From NCBI GenBank assembly GCA_903898725.1, contig CAIUGQ010000126.1:1-40676 (forward strand): a stretch of DNA of 40,676 nt. The letters are read 5' to 3'. This document shows, piece by piece, positions 11,029 to 24,650 of this stretch. Position numbers and translations under genes: made by a program. Source of the stretch: an uncultured Burkholderiales bacterium (GTDB taxonomy: Bacteria > Pseudomonadota > Gammaproteobacteria > Burkholderiales > Burkholderiaceae_E). A model generated the notes under the pieces. It was not told the origin of the DNA and searched no databases. It saw only the letters and a program-made list of their open reading frames with translations. Each line of letters opens with the position of its first letter. The first letter of the stretch is position 1.

Positions 11029-11379
11029 TCAGGCCAGGACATATCCCGATTCGGCCGGGCTCACCACCGACACGAAGACCAGCGGCTGCGTGCCGGTGTT
11101 GAGCACACCGTGCACGCACCCTGCCGGCGCGACCGCGACGTCACCCGCCACGATCGGCGTCGCGGTGCCGTCGGCGTCGAGCTGGTAGTCGCCCTGCCCG
11201 GCGAGGACCGTCCAGGTGTCCTGCCCGTGCGGATGCACATGGGCGGTGATCCGCTGCCCCGGCTTCACCGTCCAGGCGACGATCGCCGCCATCGGCGTCT
11301 GCATGACCACCGAGCGGATCGGCTCGCCGTCGGCCGGCCTGAGGTGCTCGGCGCTGTGGAAGACGCGGTCGGTGCTCAT
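11029..11379 (-). CDS. cupin domain-containing protein
   Basis: ORF 11029..11589, trimmed to the ATG at 11379 (MSTDRVFHSAEHL...). Cupin metal motif HVHPHGQDTWTVLAGQG ... VAVAPAGCVHGVLNTG. Confidence 0.8.
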   Translation of the reverse strand: MSTDRVFHSAEHLRPADGEPIRSVVMQTPMAAIVAWTVKPGQRITAHVHPHGQDTWTVLAGQGDYQLDADGTATPIVAGDVAVAPAGCVHGVLNTGTQPLVFVSVVSPAESGYVLA

Positions 11380-11494
11380 CGCTGGTGCTCCGGGTGAAGA
11401 GACCCGGGCCTCTGCAAGTCGCGTACCACCGGGACGGTGCGCAGGGCCTGCGGTCGCTAGACTGGACACCCCACGCACTGTCTTCGACCCGAAC

Positions 11495-11824
11495 ATGAAG
11501 CTGTCCGGCATCCCCTTCGGCACCACCGACTGGTCCGCGGTCGAGCGCACCGAGCACCGCGGCGAGCGCGGTGTCGCGCACTGGCGCACCCGTCACTTCG
11601 GCGACATCCGCGTGCGGATGGTCGAGTACTCGGCCGGCTACCTCGCCGACCACTGGTGCGAGAAGGGGCACATCCTGCTGTGCCTGGCAGGCCGGCTCGA
11701 TACCGAACTCGCCGACGGCCGGACCTTCGTGCTGACGCCGGGCACCAGCTACCAGGTGGCCGACGGGGCCGAGCCGCACCGCTCGTCGACGGACGAGGGC
11801 GCGACACTGTTCATCGTGGACTGA
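11495..11824 (+). CDS. small cupin-fold protein (DHCW-motif-family-like)
   Basis: ORF 11216..11824, trimmed to the ATG at 11495 (MKLSGIPFGTTDWSAVERTEHRGERGVAHWRTRHFGDIRVRMVEYSAGYLADHWCEKGHILLCLAG...). Divergent from the other cupin gene. Confidence 0.75.
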   Translation: MKLSGIPFGTTDWSAVERTEHRGERGVAHWRTRHFGDIRVRMVEYSAGYLADHWCEKGHILLCLAGRLDTELADGRTFVLTPGTSYQVADGAEPHRSSTDEGATLFIVD

Positions 11825-11875
11825 GAAGCCGCGAATAAACCTACTGCGCGTCCCGATCCGACGCCTGCGGTGCTC

Positions 11876-11894
11876 GCCGTACATCACGTACGGC
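11876..11894. terminator. perfect 7-bp hairpin between convergent genes (possible bidirectional terminator)
   Basis: gccgtac-atcac-gtacggc lies in the 102-bp gap between the convergent cupin (+) and TerC (-) genes. There is no U-tract, so function is uncertain. Confidence 0.3.
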
Positions 11895-11926
11895 TGCGCT
11901 CCTCGGCGCCGGCTCGGGCCTGCTCG

Positions 11927-12967
11927 CTACGGTTTCTTCACGGCTTCTGCGCCCGGCGTGCCGCTCGGCTTCTTCGCGCCGAACGGATACGCACCGCCCG
12001 CCGGCCCCTTGCCCTTCGGCGGCACCTTCAGCGAGATCAGCATCGTCGCGGCGAGCGTGACCACGGTGAAGACCAGCGACCAGGCGACCGGGATCTTGTA
12101 GACGTCGATCAGCAGCATCTTGGTGCCGATGAAGACCAGCACGATCGCCAGGCCGTAGGACAGCAGGTGGAAGCGCTCGTGCATGCCGGCGAGCAGGAAG
12201 TACATCGCGCGCAGGCCGAGGATCGCGAAGACGTTCGAGGTCAGCACGATGAACGGGTCGGTGGTGATCGCGAAGATCGCCGGGATGGAGTCGACCGCGA
12301 ACACCAGGTCGACGATGCCGATCAGCACGATCACCACCAGCAGCGGCGTGGCCATCTTCACGCCGTTCACCACCGTGAAGAAGCGCTCGCCGTCGTAGGT
12401 CGGCGCGATCTTGAACTTGCGGTTGATCCACTTCAGCGCGGGGTTCGAGCCGAGGTCGGGCTCCTGGCCGGCCGCCCACCACATCTTCACGCCGGTGAAG
12501 ACCAGGAACGCGCCGAACACGTAGAGCACCCAGTGGACCTGCGTGATCAGCCAGGCGCCGATCAGGATCATCCCGGCGCGCATCACCAGCGCACCGAGGA
12601 TGCCGATCATCAGCACCCGCTTCTGGTAGGCCGCGGGCACGGCGAAGTAGGTGAACACCATCAGGAACACGAAGATGTTGTCGACCGCGAGCGCCTTCTC
12701 CACCAGATAGCCGGTGACGAACTCGAGCGCCTTGGCGTCGGCCATCGCGGCAGCGGCCGCGTCGCTCGAGGTGCCGCCGAGGTACCACCACAGCCAGCCC
12801 ACGAAGCAGAAGGAGACGGCGACCCAGAGGAGCGACCAGATGCCGGCCTCGCGCATCGAGACCGTGTGAGCGCCCTGCTTGTTGAGGGCGAAGAAGTCGA
12901 TCGCGAGCGCGATGACGACGAAGATCGCGAACAGCGACCACAGCAGCGGCGTGCCGATGGAAATCAT
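11927..12967 (-). CDS. TerC/Alx family integral membrane protein
   Basis: ORF 11927..13135, trimmed to the ATG at 12967 (MISIGTPLLWSLFAIFVVIALAIDFFALNKQGAHTVSMREAGIWSLLWV...). Multi-TM with a TerC-type repeated architecture (…EKALAVDNIFVF… / …VFAVDSIPAIFAIT…). Confidence 0.9.
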   Translation of the reverse strand: MISIGTPLLWSLFAIFVVIALAIDFFALNKQGAHTVSMREAGIWSLLWVAVSFCFVGWLWWYLGGTSSDAAAAAMADAKALEFVTGYLVEKALAVDNIFVFLMVFTYFAVPAAYQKRVLMIGILGALVMRAGMILIGAWLITQVHWVLYVFGAFLVFTGVKMWWAAGQEPDLGSNPALKWINRKFKIAPTYDGERFFTVVNGVKMATPLLVVIVLIGIVDLVFAVDSIPAIFAITTDPFIVLTSNVFAILGLRAMYFLLAGMHERFHLLSYGLAIVLVFIGTKMLLIDVYKIPVAWSLVFTVVTLAATMLISLKVPPKGKGPAGGAYPFGAKKPSGTPGAEAVKKP

Positions 12968-13172
12968 CAGGAAGGACCTTTTCGGCCGCCATGGCGGGCG
13001 GCATGCGTTGGACGAAGGTCCTCCGCTGGTCTTGCCGTCCGGCGCGCGCGAGGCGCGACGGAACGCGGGCACCGGATGTCCGATCGACCGCCACGTCGAC
13101 CGGCATCGTATTGACGATGCCGCGGGAGGGACCACGCGGGGTCCCTGCCGGCTACTCCCCGGGAGAGGAACC
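12968..13172 (-). promoter_or_regulatory. yybP-ykoY (Mn2+-responsive) riboswitch-like 5' leader of the TerC/Alx gene
   Basis: The minus-strand RNA reads ...CUCUCCCGGGGAGUAGCCGGCAGGGACC...GCGGCAUCGUCAAUACGAUGCCGGUCGACGUGG...CCGGACGGCAAGACCAGCGGAGGACCUUCG.... GGGGAGUAGCC and ...CAAGACC... resemble the two conserved halves of the yybP-ykoY aptamer. The genomic context (TerC/Alx) is the classic one. No covariance-model search was possible. Confidence 0.65.
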
Positions 13173-13264
13173 CGGATTGAACCGCGAGCCGGACGGGTCC
13201 GTCAACGAAGCCCCGTGCCGCGCGGGGGCTTCGGCGGCGGGTGGCCGACGGGCGGTGCCTCGAG

Positions 13265-13561
13265 TCAGCGAATGCCGAGCGGCACGCCCGCCGCGAGCGC
13301 GGCGAGCAGCACGACGTGCAGCCCGATCGTCAGCCGCAGCATCGTGCGGAAGAACGGCTTGCGGGTCTTGTGCCGCAGCAGCCGCTGCGCGAGCAGCGCG
13401 CCGGGCCAGCCGCCGACCAGCGCGAGCCAGTGCAGCGTGCGCTCCGACACGCGGCGCGCGCCCTGCACCGCGGCCCGCTTGTCGAACGCATAGACCGCGA
13501 AGGTGAGGGCGCTGGCCACGAGGTAGAGCAGTGCCAGCCCCCCCCACACCGACCCGGTCAC
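13265..13561 (-). CDS. DUF1294 domain-containing membrane protein
   Basis: 98-aa ORF (…LTFAVYAFDKRAAVQGARRVSERTLHWLALVGGWPGALLAQRLLRHKTRKPFF…), the characteristic DUF1294 core. The GTG start overlaps the panE stop (GTGA). Confidence 0.8.
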   Translation of the reverse strand: MTGSVWGGLALLYLVASALTFAVYAFDKRAAVQGARRVSERTLHWLALVGGWPGALLAQRLLRHKTRKPFFRTMLRLTIGLHVVLLAALAAGVPLGIR

Positions 13562-14481
13562 GCCGGGCGGCCGTCCGCGTGCAGCGCGAGGATGTCGGCG
13601 ATCGCGCGGTTGAGCGGCGTCGGCACGCCCGCGGTCCGGCCGAGTTCGACCACCGCGCCCGCCAGCCAGCGCACCTCGAGCCGGTTGCCGCGCTCGAGGT
13701 CGTGGTGCATCGACGAGGTCATCGCCGGCGAGACGTCGTCGGCGAGCGCCAGGCGCACGTCGGCGTAGTCGGTCGGCAGGTCCACGCCGTGCGCGCGGCC
13801 GACCGCGACCACCTCGGCCATCACGTCGCGCAGGAATACACGCGTCTGCGGATGCTCGCGGATCGGGCCGATGGTGCGGCGGATCGTCGTGGTCGTGCCC
13901 GACAGGCCGGCGAGGAAGACGAACTTCTGCCAGATCTCGCGCAGGATCGCCGGCGACAGCTCGGCCTTGATGCCGCCCGCGGCGCAGGCCGCGAGGAAGG
14001 TCTCGGCGCGCGGCGAGCGCGACCCGTCGAACTCACCGAACACCAGGCGCTGCATCGGACCGGTCTGACGGATGACGCCCGGCCGGTCGATGGTCGCCGC
14101 GATGTAGCCGACCCCGCCCATCACCCGCGCGTCGCCGAACGCGGCGCGCAGCGGCGGGTCCTTGAGCACGCCGTTCTGGAACGACACCACCGCGCTGTGC
14201 GGCCCCATCAGCGGGCGGATGCGCTCGATCGCCGCATCGGTGTCCCAGAGCTTGACGCAGAGCATCACCAGGTCGACCGGGCCGATGGTGGCCGGGTCGT
14301 CGGTGGCCTGCACGCGCGGCAGGTGCATCGGCTCCGGGCCCTCGATGCGCAGCCCGTCGGCGCGCAGCGCCGCGAGGTGCGCGCCGCGCGCGACGAAATG
14401 CACGTCGGCCTGCCCGCCGAGCACCAGCCGGGCGCCGAAGTAGCCGCCCAGCCCGCCGGTCCCCATCACCGCGATCCGCAT
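13558..14481 (-). CDS. panE: 2-dehydropantoate 2-reductase (ketopantoate reductase, ApbA/PanE family)
   Basis: 307-aa ORF. N-terminal Rossmann [19 protein letters not shown]. PanE-family C-terminal segment [26 protein letters not shown]. Confidence 0.85.
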   Translation of the reverse strand: MRIAVMGTGGLGGYFGARLVLGGQADVHFVARGAHLAALRADGLRIEGPEPMHLPRVQATDDPATIGPVDLVMLCVKLWDTDAAIERIRPLMGPHSAVVSFQNGVLKDPPLRAAFGDARVMGGVGYIAATIDRPGVIRQTGPMQRLVFGEFDGSRSPRAETFLAACAAGGIKAELSPAILREIWQKFVFLAGLSGTTTTIRRTIGPIREHPQTRVFLRDVMAEVVAVGRAHGVDLPTDYADVRLALADDVSPAMTSSMHHDLERGNRLEVRWLAGAVVELGRTAGVPTPLNRAIADILALHADGRPA

Positions 14482-14499
14482 GTCGCCAGGCCCTCGGAC

Positions 14500-15987
14500 T
14501 CAGCGCGGGAGGTCGCTCGATCCCATCAGGAACGCATCGACCGAATGCGCCGCCTGGCGCCCCTCGCGGATCGCCCACACCACCAGCGACTGGCCGCGGC
14601 GCATGTCGCCGGCGGCGAAGACCTTCGGCACGTTGGTCGCGTAGCTCTTGTCGCCGTCGGTGGTGGCGCGCGCATTGCCGCGGCCGTCCTTCTCGACGCC
14701 GAAGGCGTCGAGCACCGAGCCCACCGGCGCGACGAAGCCCATCGCGAACAGCACCAGGTCGGCGGGCACCTCCTGCTCGCTGCCCGGCACCTCGACCATC
14801 CGCATCTGGCCGCTCGCCTCGTCGCGCTTCCACTCGACACGCGCGGTCACCAGCGCGCGGACGTTGCCCTGGCCGTCGCCGCGGAATTCCTTGGTGGTGA
14901 TCGCCCAGTCGCGCTCGCAGCCCTCCTCGTGCGAGGACGAGGTGCGCATCTTGCTCGGCCAGTACGGCCAGGTCAGCGCCTTGTTCTCGTGCTCGGGCGG
15001 CTGGGGCATCAGCTCGTACTGGGTGACAGTGCTCGCGCCGTGCCGGTTGCTGGTGCCCACGCAGTCGCTGCCGGTGTCGCCGCCGCCGATCACGACGACA
15101 TGCTTGCCGGTGGCCATGATCTGGCCCGACACGCTGTCGCCGGCAACCGTTCGGTTCTGCTGCGGCAGGAACTCCATCGCGAAATGGATGCCCTTGAGCT
15201 CGCGCCCCGGCACCGGCAGATCGCGCGGCTGCTCGGCGCCGCCGGTCAACAGCACCGCGTCGAACTCCTTGGCCAGCGTCTCGGGCGAGACGGTCTGCTT
15301 CGCGAGGTTCGGGATGTGCGAGGGCGGCGGCGCGGTGCCGACGAACACGCCGGTGCGGAACTGCACGCCCTCGGCCGTCATCTGCTCGACGCGCCGATCG
15401 ATGTGCGACTTCTCCATCTTGAAGTCGGGGATGCCATAGCGCAGCAGCCCGCCGATGCGGTCGTTCTTCTCGAACAGCGTCACGTCGTGGCCGGCGCGCG
15501 CGAGCTGCTGCGCGGCGGCCATGCCGGCCGGGCCCGAGCCGATCACCGCGACCTTCTTGCCGGTCTTGGCGGCGGGCGGCTGCGGCACCACCCAGCCCTG
15601 CTCCCAGCCCTTGTCGATGATCGCGTGCTCGATCGACTTGATGCCGACCGGCTCGCTGTTGATGTTCAGCGTGCAGGCGGCCTCGCAGGGCGCCGGGCAC
15701 ACGCGGCCGGTGAACTCGGGGAAGTTGTTCGTGGAGTGCAGGACGTCGAGCGCCTGCTTCCAGTCCTGGCGGAAGACCAGGTCGTTCCAGTCGGGAATGA
15801 TGTTGTTGACCGGGCAGCCGCTCTGGCAGAACGGGATGCCGCAGTCCATGCAGCGCGCGCCTTGCTTCGAGGCGGCCGCATCGTCCAGGTGGAGCACGAA
15901 CTCCTTCCAGTGCTTGAGGCGCGCCTGCGGCGGCTCGGCCGCTTCGGACAGCCGCTGGAACTCGAGGAAACCGGTGACCTTGCCCAT
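14500..15987 (-). CDS. gltD: glutamate synthase (NADPH) small subunit
   Basis: Frame of ORF 14500..17214, trimmed to the ATG at 15987 ([30 protein letters not shown]). Fe-S Cys cluster [15 protein letters not shown]...CPAPCEAAC. Dinucleotide motifs [14 protein letters not shown] and [13 protein letters not shown]. Confidence 0.95.
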   Translation of the reverse strand: MGKVTGFLEFQRLSEAAEPPQARLKHWKEFVLHLDDAAASKQGARCMDCGIPFCQSGCPVNNIIPDWNDLVFRQDWKQALDVLHSTNNFPEFTGRVCPAPCEAACTLNINSEPVGIKSIEHAIIDKGWEQGWVVPQPPAAKTGKKVAVIGSGPAGMAAAQQLARAGHDVTLFEKNDRIGGLLRYGIPDFKMEKSHIDRRVEQMTAEGVQFRTGVFVGTAPPPSHIPNLAKQTVSPETLAKEFDAVLLTGGAEQPRDLPVPGRELKGIHFAMEFLPQQNRTVAGDSVSGQIMATGKHVVVIGGGDTGSDCVGTSNRHGASTVTQYELMPQPPEHENKALTWPYWPSKMRTSSSHEEGCERDWAITTKEFRGDGQGNVRALVTARVEWKRDEASGQMRMVEVPGSEQEVPADLVLFAMGFVAPVGSVLDAFGVEKDGRGNARATTDGDKSYATNVPKVFAAGDMRRGQSLVVWAIREGRQAAHSVDAFLMGSSDLPR

Positions 15988-16019
15988 CGTCGTCTCTTTG
16001 TTCGGTTCGGTTCGGGCCG

Positions 16020-20750
<4,731 letters not shown>

Positions 20751-21080
20751 CGCACTTCTCCTACGGTGATCGAACGAGGATAGTGCGATGCAGCAAGCAC
20801 CTCAAGCGGAATAATCGGGGTCGGAACACGATATTCTCGAAGCACCGTCGAGAGGTCGCTTAATCGGGGACGGATCAGCCGCGCCGCTGCACCGTCGTGG
20901 TTCGAGGTGCCCAGCCGGCGGGCGGCCCGGGTGCTGGGATGCCAGCGGATCGGGCGTCCGGAGCGGCCCCTCACTCCGCGTCGATGGGCCCCGATCGCAT
21001 TCGTCGGATCACGCTGCGCGTCACCGACCGACCGCGACACCGCTTTTGCGTCACCTGCCGGGCTGCGTCACCCCTGGCGC

Positions 21081-21782
21081 TCAACCGGTCGCAGGCGGCG
21101 TCCGGCGGGGCCGCCCGACCGGCCGCGGCAGCAGGCGAAGGCCGAGCGAGGCCTCCAGGCGCTTCTGGAAGTCAGCACTTGCTGTCGGCTTTCCGCCCAC
21201 CAGGCATGCCTGAATCCATTCGTGCTCGGCCTGGGATACCGATTCGTCGAACAGGCTGCGGTAGGCGGACTCGCGTTCGAACGGCGTGTTGCCGAGCGCC
21301 CAGACCGTCGGATGCGGCCGGACCAGCGGGTCGACGGCCAGTCCGGCGTGGTGCCGGTGGCTGGACCACGGCCAGTCCGCGGCGCTGCCGACCCGTCCGG
21401 CACGGACCGGCCCGGACTCCAGATGACGCTGGCATGCCAGCAGCCAGCGGTCCGCCTCGACGATCGAGGAGCGGAACCGCCCCTCCCACAGGGTGCCGCT
21501 GCGGCCATGGCGCTGGTTGAACCAGCGCACATAGCGCCGGCCGACGGCCTGCATGACGAGGGACAGGGCCTCATCGCGCTCGGGCGTCGCCAGCAGCTGC
21601 ACCTGGGTGTCGAGCAGCAGGTAGGCGTGGATGGACAGCCCGTGCGCGAGCGCGGCCTCGCTCAGCCAGCCGAGGAACTGCCGGTGATCGGCCTCGTCGA
21701 CGAACACCGGCTGCCGGTTGTGTCCGCGCAGCAGCACATGGTGCGGGATCGCGGTGACCGCCTGACGCGGACGGCGGGCCAT
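21081..21782 (-). CDS. IS200/IS605-like HUH (RayT/COG1943) transposase-family protein, probably catalytically inactive/domesticated
   Basis: 233-aa ORF with the RayT-like layout: AIPHHVLLRGHNRQPVF..., RRYVRWFNQRHGRSGTLWEGRFRSSIV, DWPWSS. It has QVQ (…YLLLDTQVQLLATPE) where the family carries HxH. It has RHLESGPVRAG where the family carries R-Y-I-x-x-N-P-V-R-A-G. Confidence 0.8.
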   Translation of the reverse strand: MARRPRQAVTAIPHHVLLRGHNRQPVFVDEADHRQFLGWLSEAALAHGLSIHAYLLLDTQVQLLATPERDEALSLVMQAVGRRYVRWFNQRHGRSGTLWEGRFRSSIVEADRWLLACQRHLESGPVRAGRVGSAADWPWSSHRHHAGLAVDPLVRPHPTVWALGNTPFERESAYRSLFDESVSQAEHEWIQACLVGGKPTASADFQKRLEASLGLRLLPRPVGRPRRTPPATG

Positions 21783-21792
21783 CGGCCTGAGC

Positions 21793-22914
21793 TCAGGCTT
21801 CGTCGACCGCGAAGAGCCGGCGGTGCTCCTTGATCGCGTAACGGTCGGTCATGCCGGCGATGTAGTCGGCGATCGCACGGTGCCGGTTGCGCTCGGCCTT
21901 GCGGCGGTGCTCGTCGGGCAGCAGCCGCGGGTCTGCGGCGAAAGCGTCGAACAGCGCGGTGACGATGCGGGCGGCCTTCGAGGTCATCCGCAGCACCCGG
22001 TAGTGCCGGTAGAGGTTGTCGAACAGGAAGCGCTTGAGCTGGGCGGCCCGGGCTCCGACCTCGTCGGAGAAGGCGATCAGCGGCGGTGCGGCCCGGACAT
22101 CGTCGATCGACCCGGGCGCGGCCTCGGCGATCAGCACCTCGCTGCGGCGGCTGAGGTCGAGCACCAGCTCGTTGATCATCCGCCGGACCGTCTCGTAGAC
22201 CTGGCGACGCTCGCCCGCGCCCGGCCAACCCGCGACGACCTCGCGGTGATGACGGGCGAACAGCTCCACCGCGAGGAGCTGTTCGACCGACACCAGCCCC
22301 GAGCGGATGCCGTCGTCGACATCGTGGTTCACGTAGGCGATCTCGTCGGCGAGATTCGCGAGCTGCGCCTCGAGCGACGGCCGGGTGTGCTCGATGAAGC
22401 GCCGCCCCACCTCGCCCAGCTTCGCCGCGTTGACCGGCGAGCAGTGCTTGAGCACGCCTTCGCGCGTCTCGAAGCACAGGTTCAGGCCGTCGTGCGCGAT
22501 GTAGCGCTCCTCGAGCTCGTCGACCACCCGCAGCGACTGCAGGTTGTGCTCGAAGCCCCCGTGGGGCTGCATGCAGCGGTTCAGCGCATCCTGCCCGGCG
22601 TGGCCGAACGGCGTGTGGCCGAGGTCGTGCGCCAGCGAGATCGCCTCGGTCAGGTCCTCGTGCAGCCGCAGCCGACGCGCGACCGTCCGGGCGATCTGGG
22701 CGACCTCGATGGAGTGCGTCAGCCGGGTGCGGAACAGGTCGCCCTCGTGATTGACGAAGACCTGCGTCTTGTATTCGAGCCGGCGGAACGCACCGCTGTG
22801 CACGATCCGGTCGCGGTCGCGCTGGAACTCGTTGCGCCCTTCGGGCGCGGTCTCGGGGTGGATGCGGCCGCGGCTGCGCCGAGGATCGGCCGCGTACGGC
22901 GCCAGCGCGTCCAT
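21793..22914 (-). CDS. deoxyguanosinetriphosphate triphosphohydrolase-like HD-domain protein
   Basis: ORF 21793..23223, trimmed to the ATG at 22914 ([53 protein letters not shown]). HD motif [11 protein letters not shown]...[14 protein letters not shown]. Confidence 0.92.
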   Translation of the reverse strand: MDALAPYAADPRRSRGRIHPETAPEGRNEFQRDRDRIVHSGAFRRLEYKTQVFVNHEGDLFRTRLTHSIEVAQIARTVARRLRLHEDLTEAISLAHDLGHTPFGHAGQDALNRCMQPHGGFEHNLQSLRVVDELEERYIAHDGLNLCFETREGVLKHCSPVNAAKLGEVGRRFIEHTRPSLEAQLANLADEIAYVNHDVDDGIRSGLVSVEQLLAVELFARHHREVVAGWPGAGERRQVYETVRRMINELVLDLSRRSEVLIAEAAPGSIDDVRAAPPLIAFSDEVGARAAQLKRFLFDNLYRHYRVLRMTSKAARIVTALFDAFAADPRLLPDEHRRKAERNRHRAIADYIAGMTDRYAIKEHRRLFAVDEA

Positions 22915-22925
22915 CGCGGCCGCGC

Positions 22926-24005
22926 TCACCCGCTGCAGGCCGCGAGGGTCTCGGCCAGCGGCGCGTCGTCGACCCGCTGCACGCGCGCGCCGCCCAGCCC
23001 GTCGAGCAGCACGAAGCGTGGCGTGCCCTGCCGGGCCTTCTTGTCGACCGACATCAGCTCGACGTAGCGCGACGCCGGCCAGCCCGGACCCTGCACCGGC
23101 AGCCCCGCCGCGGCCACCGCCTCGCGCAGCCGGGCGGCGCCGGCGGCGTCCACCAGACCGAGGCGCCGCGACAGGTCGGCGGCCATCACCATGCCCGCGC
23201 CCACCGCCTCGCCGTGCAGCCACTCGCCGTAGCCCATGCCGGCCTCGATCGCGTGGCCGAAGGTGTGGCCGAAATTGAGGATCGCGCGCACGCCGCCCTC
23301 GCGCTCGTCGCGCTCGACCACCGAGGCCTTGATCTCGCAGGACCGTGCGACCGCCGCGGCGAGTGCTGTCGGGTCCTTCGCTCGCAGGGCCGGCAGCGAT
23401 GCGACGACCGACTCGAAGTAGGCGGCGTCGGCGATCGCGCCATGCTTGATCACCTCGGCCAGGCCCGCCGACAGTTCGCGGTCGGGGAGCGTGGCCAGCG
23501 TGTCGACGTCGATCAGCACCAGCCGCGGCTGGTGGAACGACCCGATCATGTTCTTGCCGAGCGGATGGTTGATGCCGGTCTTGCCGCCGACCGAGGAGTC
23601 GACCTGCGCGAGCAGCGTGGTCGGCACCTGCACGAACTCGATGCCGCGCTGGTAGACGGCCGCCGCGAAGCCGGCCATGTCGCCCACCACCCCGCCGCCC
23701 ACTGCGACCAGCAGCGCGTCGCGATCGAAGCGGGCCTCGAGCAGCGCGTCGAAGATCCGGTTCAGCGTCTCCCAGGTCTTGTGGGCCTCGCCCGCGGGCA
23801 GCACCACTTCCGACAGCAGCGCGGCATGCGGCCGCAGCGTGTCGGCGACGGTCCGTGCGTGCAGGCCGGCGACGTTGGTGTCGGTGACGACGGCCACCAT
23901 GCGGCCGGCGGCGAGCCGGGCGAGTGCCTCGTTGCCGGCGAGCAGACCGCTGCCCACCTGGATGGTGTACGAGCGATCGCCGAGGGAGACCGGGACTTCA
24001 CGCAT
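22926..24005 (-). CDS. aroB: 3-dehydroquinate synthase
   Basis: ORF 22926..24071, trimmed to the ATG at 24005 ([22 protein letters not shown]). Motifs [37 protein letters not shown]. Confidence 0.95.
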   Translation of the reverse strand: MREVPVSLGDRSYTIQVGSGLLAGNEALARLAAGRMVAVVTDTNVAGLHARTVADTLRPHAALLSEVVLPAGEAHKTWETLNRIFDALLEARFDRDALLVAVGGGVVGDMAGFAAAVYQRGIEFVQVPTTLLAQVDSSVGGKTGINHPLGKNMIGSFHQPRLVLIDVDTLATLPDRELSAGLAEVIKHGAIADAAYFESVVASLPALRAKDPTALAAAVARSCEIKASVVERDEREGGVRAILNFGHTFGHAIEAGMGYGEWLHGEAVGAGMVMAADLSRRLGLVDAAGAARLREAVAAAGLPVQGPGWPASRYVELMSVDKKARQGTPRFVLLDGLGGARVQRVDDAPLAETLAACSG

Positions 24006-24588
24006 CGCTGGCGGGCTCGTCGGAGGGCGGCGCCGCGGGCGCGGAGTGGCCGAGTCGGTCGAGGATAGCATCGACCACCTGCTCGACCGGCTGGCGGCCG
24101 GTGTCGATGGTCAGGTGCGCGATCTCGCGGTAGAGCGGGTCGCGGCGGGCCACCAGCTCCTCGATCCGCGCGCGCGGGTCGGCGGTGCGCAGCAGCGGGC
24201 GGACCTTGTCGCGGCGCAGCCGATGCCAGAGGTCACCGACCGAGGCGCGCAGGTAGACGACCCGGCCGCGCGTGCGCAGCGCCTCGCGGTTGCCCGCATC
24301 CAGGACCGCGCCGCCACCGGTGGCGAAGACCACGTCGGTGCGCTGCGTGAGCTCGTCGATCAGCGCCGCCTCGCGCCGCCGGAACCCCGGCTCGCCCTCG
24401 AGCTCGAAGATGGTCTGCACCGGCACGCCCAGGCGCGCCTCGAGCTCTCGGTCGGCATCGACGAAGGGCCAGCCCAGCCGGCGCGCCAGGCGCTTGCCGA
24501 CGGTGGTCTTGCCGGCACCCATCATGCCGACGAGAAAAAGGGCCCGGCGGTCGGCCGGGCCCTCGTTCGGGGGCGTGTCGGGGTTCAA
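23998..24588 (-). CDS. aroK: shikimate kinase
   Basis: 196-aa ORF with a TTG start. P-loop [14 protein letters not shown]. The core is shikimate-kinase-like ([32 protein letters not shown]). It overlaps the aroB start by 8 nt. Confidence 0.9.
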   Translation of the reverse strand: MNPDTPPNEGPADRRALFLVGMMGAGKTTVGKRLARRLGWPFVDADRELEARLGVPVQTIFELEGEPGFRRREAALIDELTQRTDVVFATGGGAVLDAGNREALRTRGRVVYLRASVGDLWHRLRRDKVRPLLRTADPRARIEELVARRDPLYREIAHLTIDTGRQPVEQVVDAILDRLGHSAPAAPPSDEPASDA

Positions 24589-24650
24589 TCGAGTCGTCTC
24601 GGGCGGTCAGTCGGCCGCCGGACTTTACCCCAGTTCGCGGTGCCCGCTGG

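Noticed and set aside
21081-21782. Active IS200/IS605 or REP-mobilising element
   Set aside because: There is no tnpB partner. I could find no flanking subterminal hairpins or terminal repeats. The catalytic HUH and Tyr positions appear substituted, and the gene sits in a conserved housekeeping block. It is reported as a CDS and a finding, not as a mobile element.
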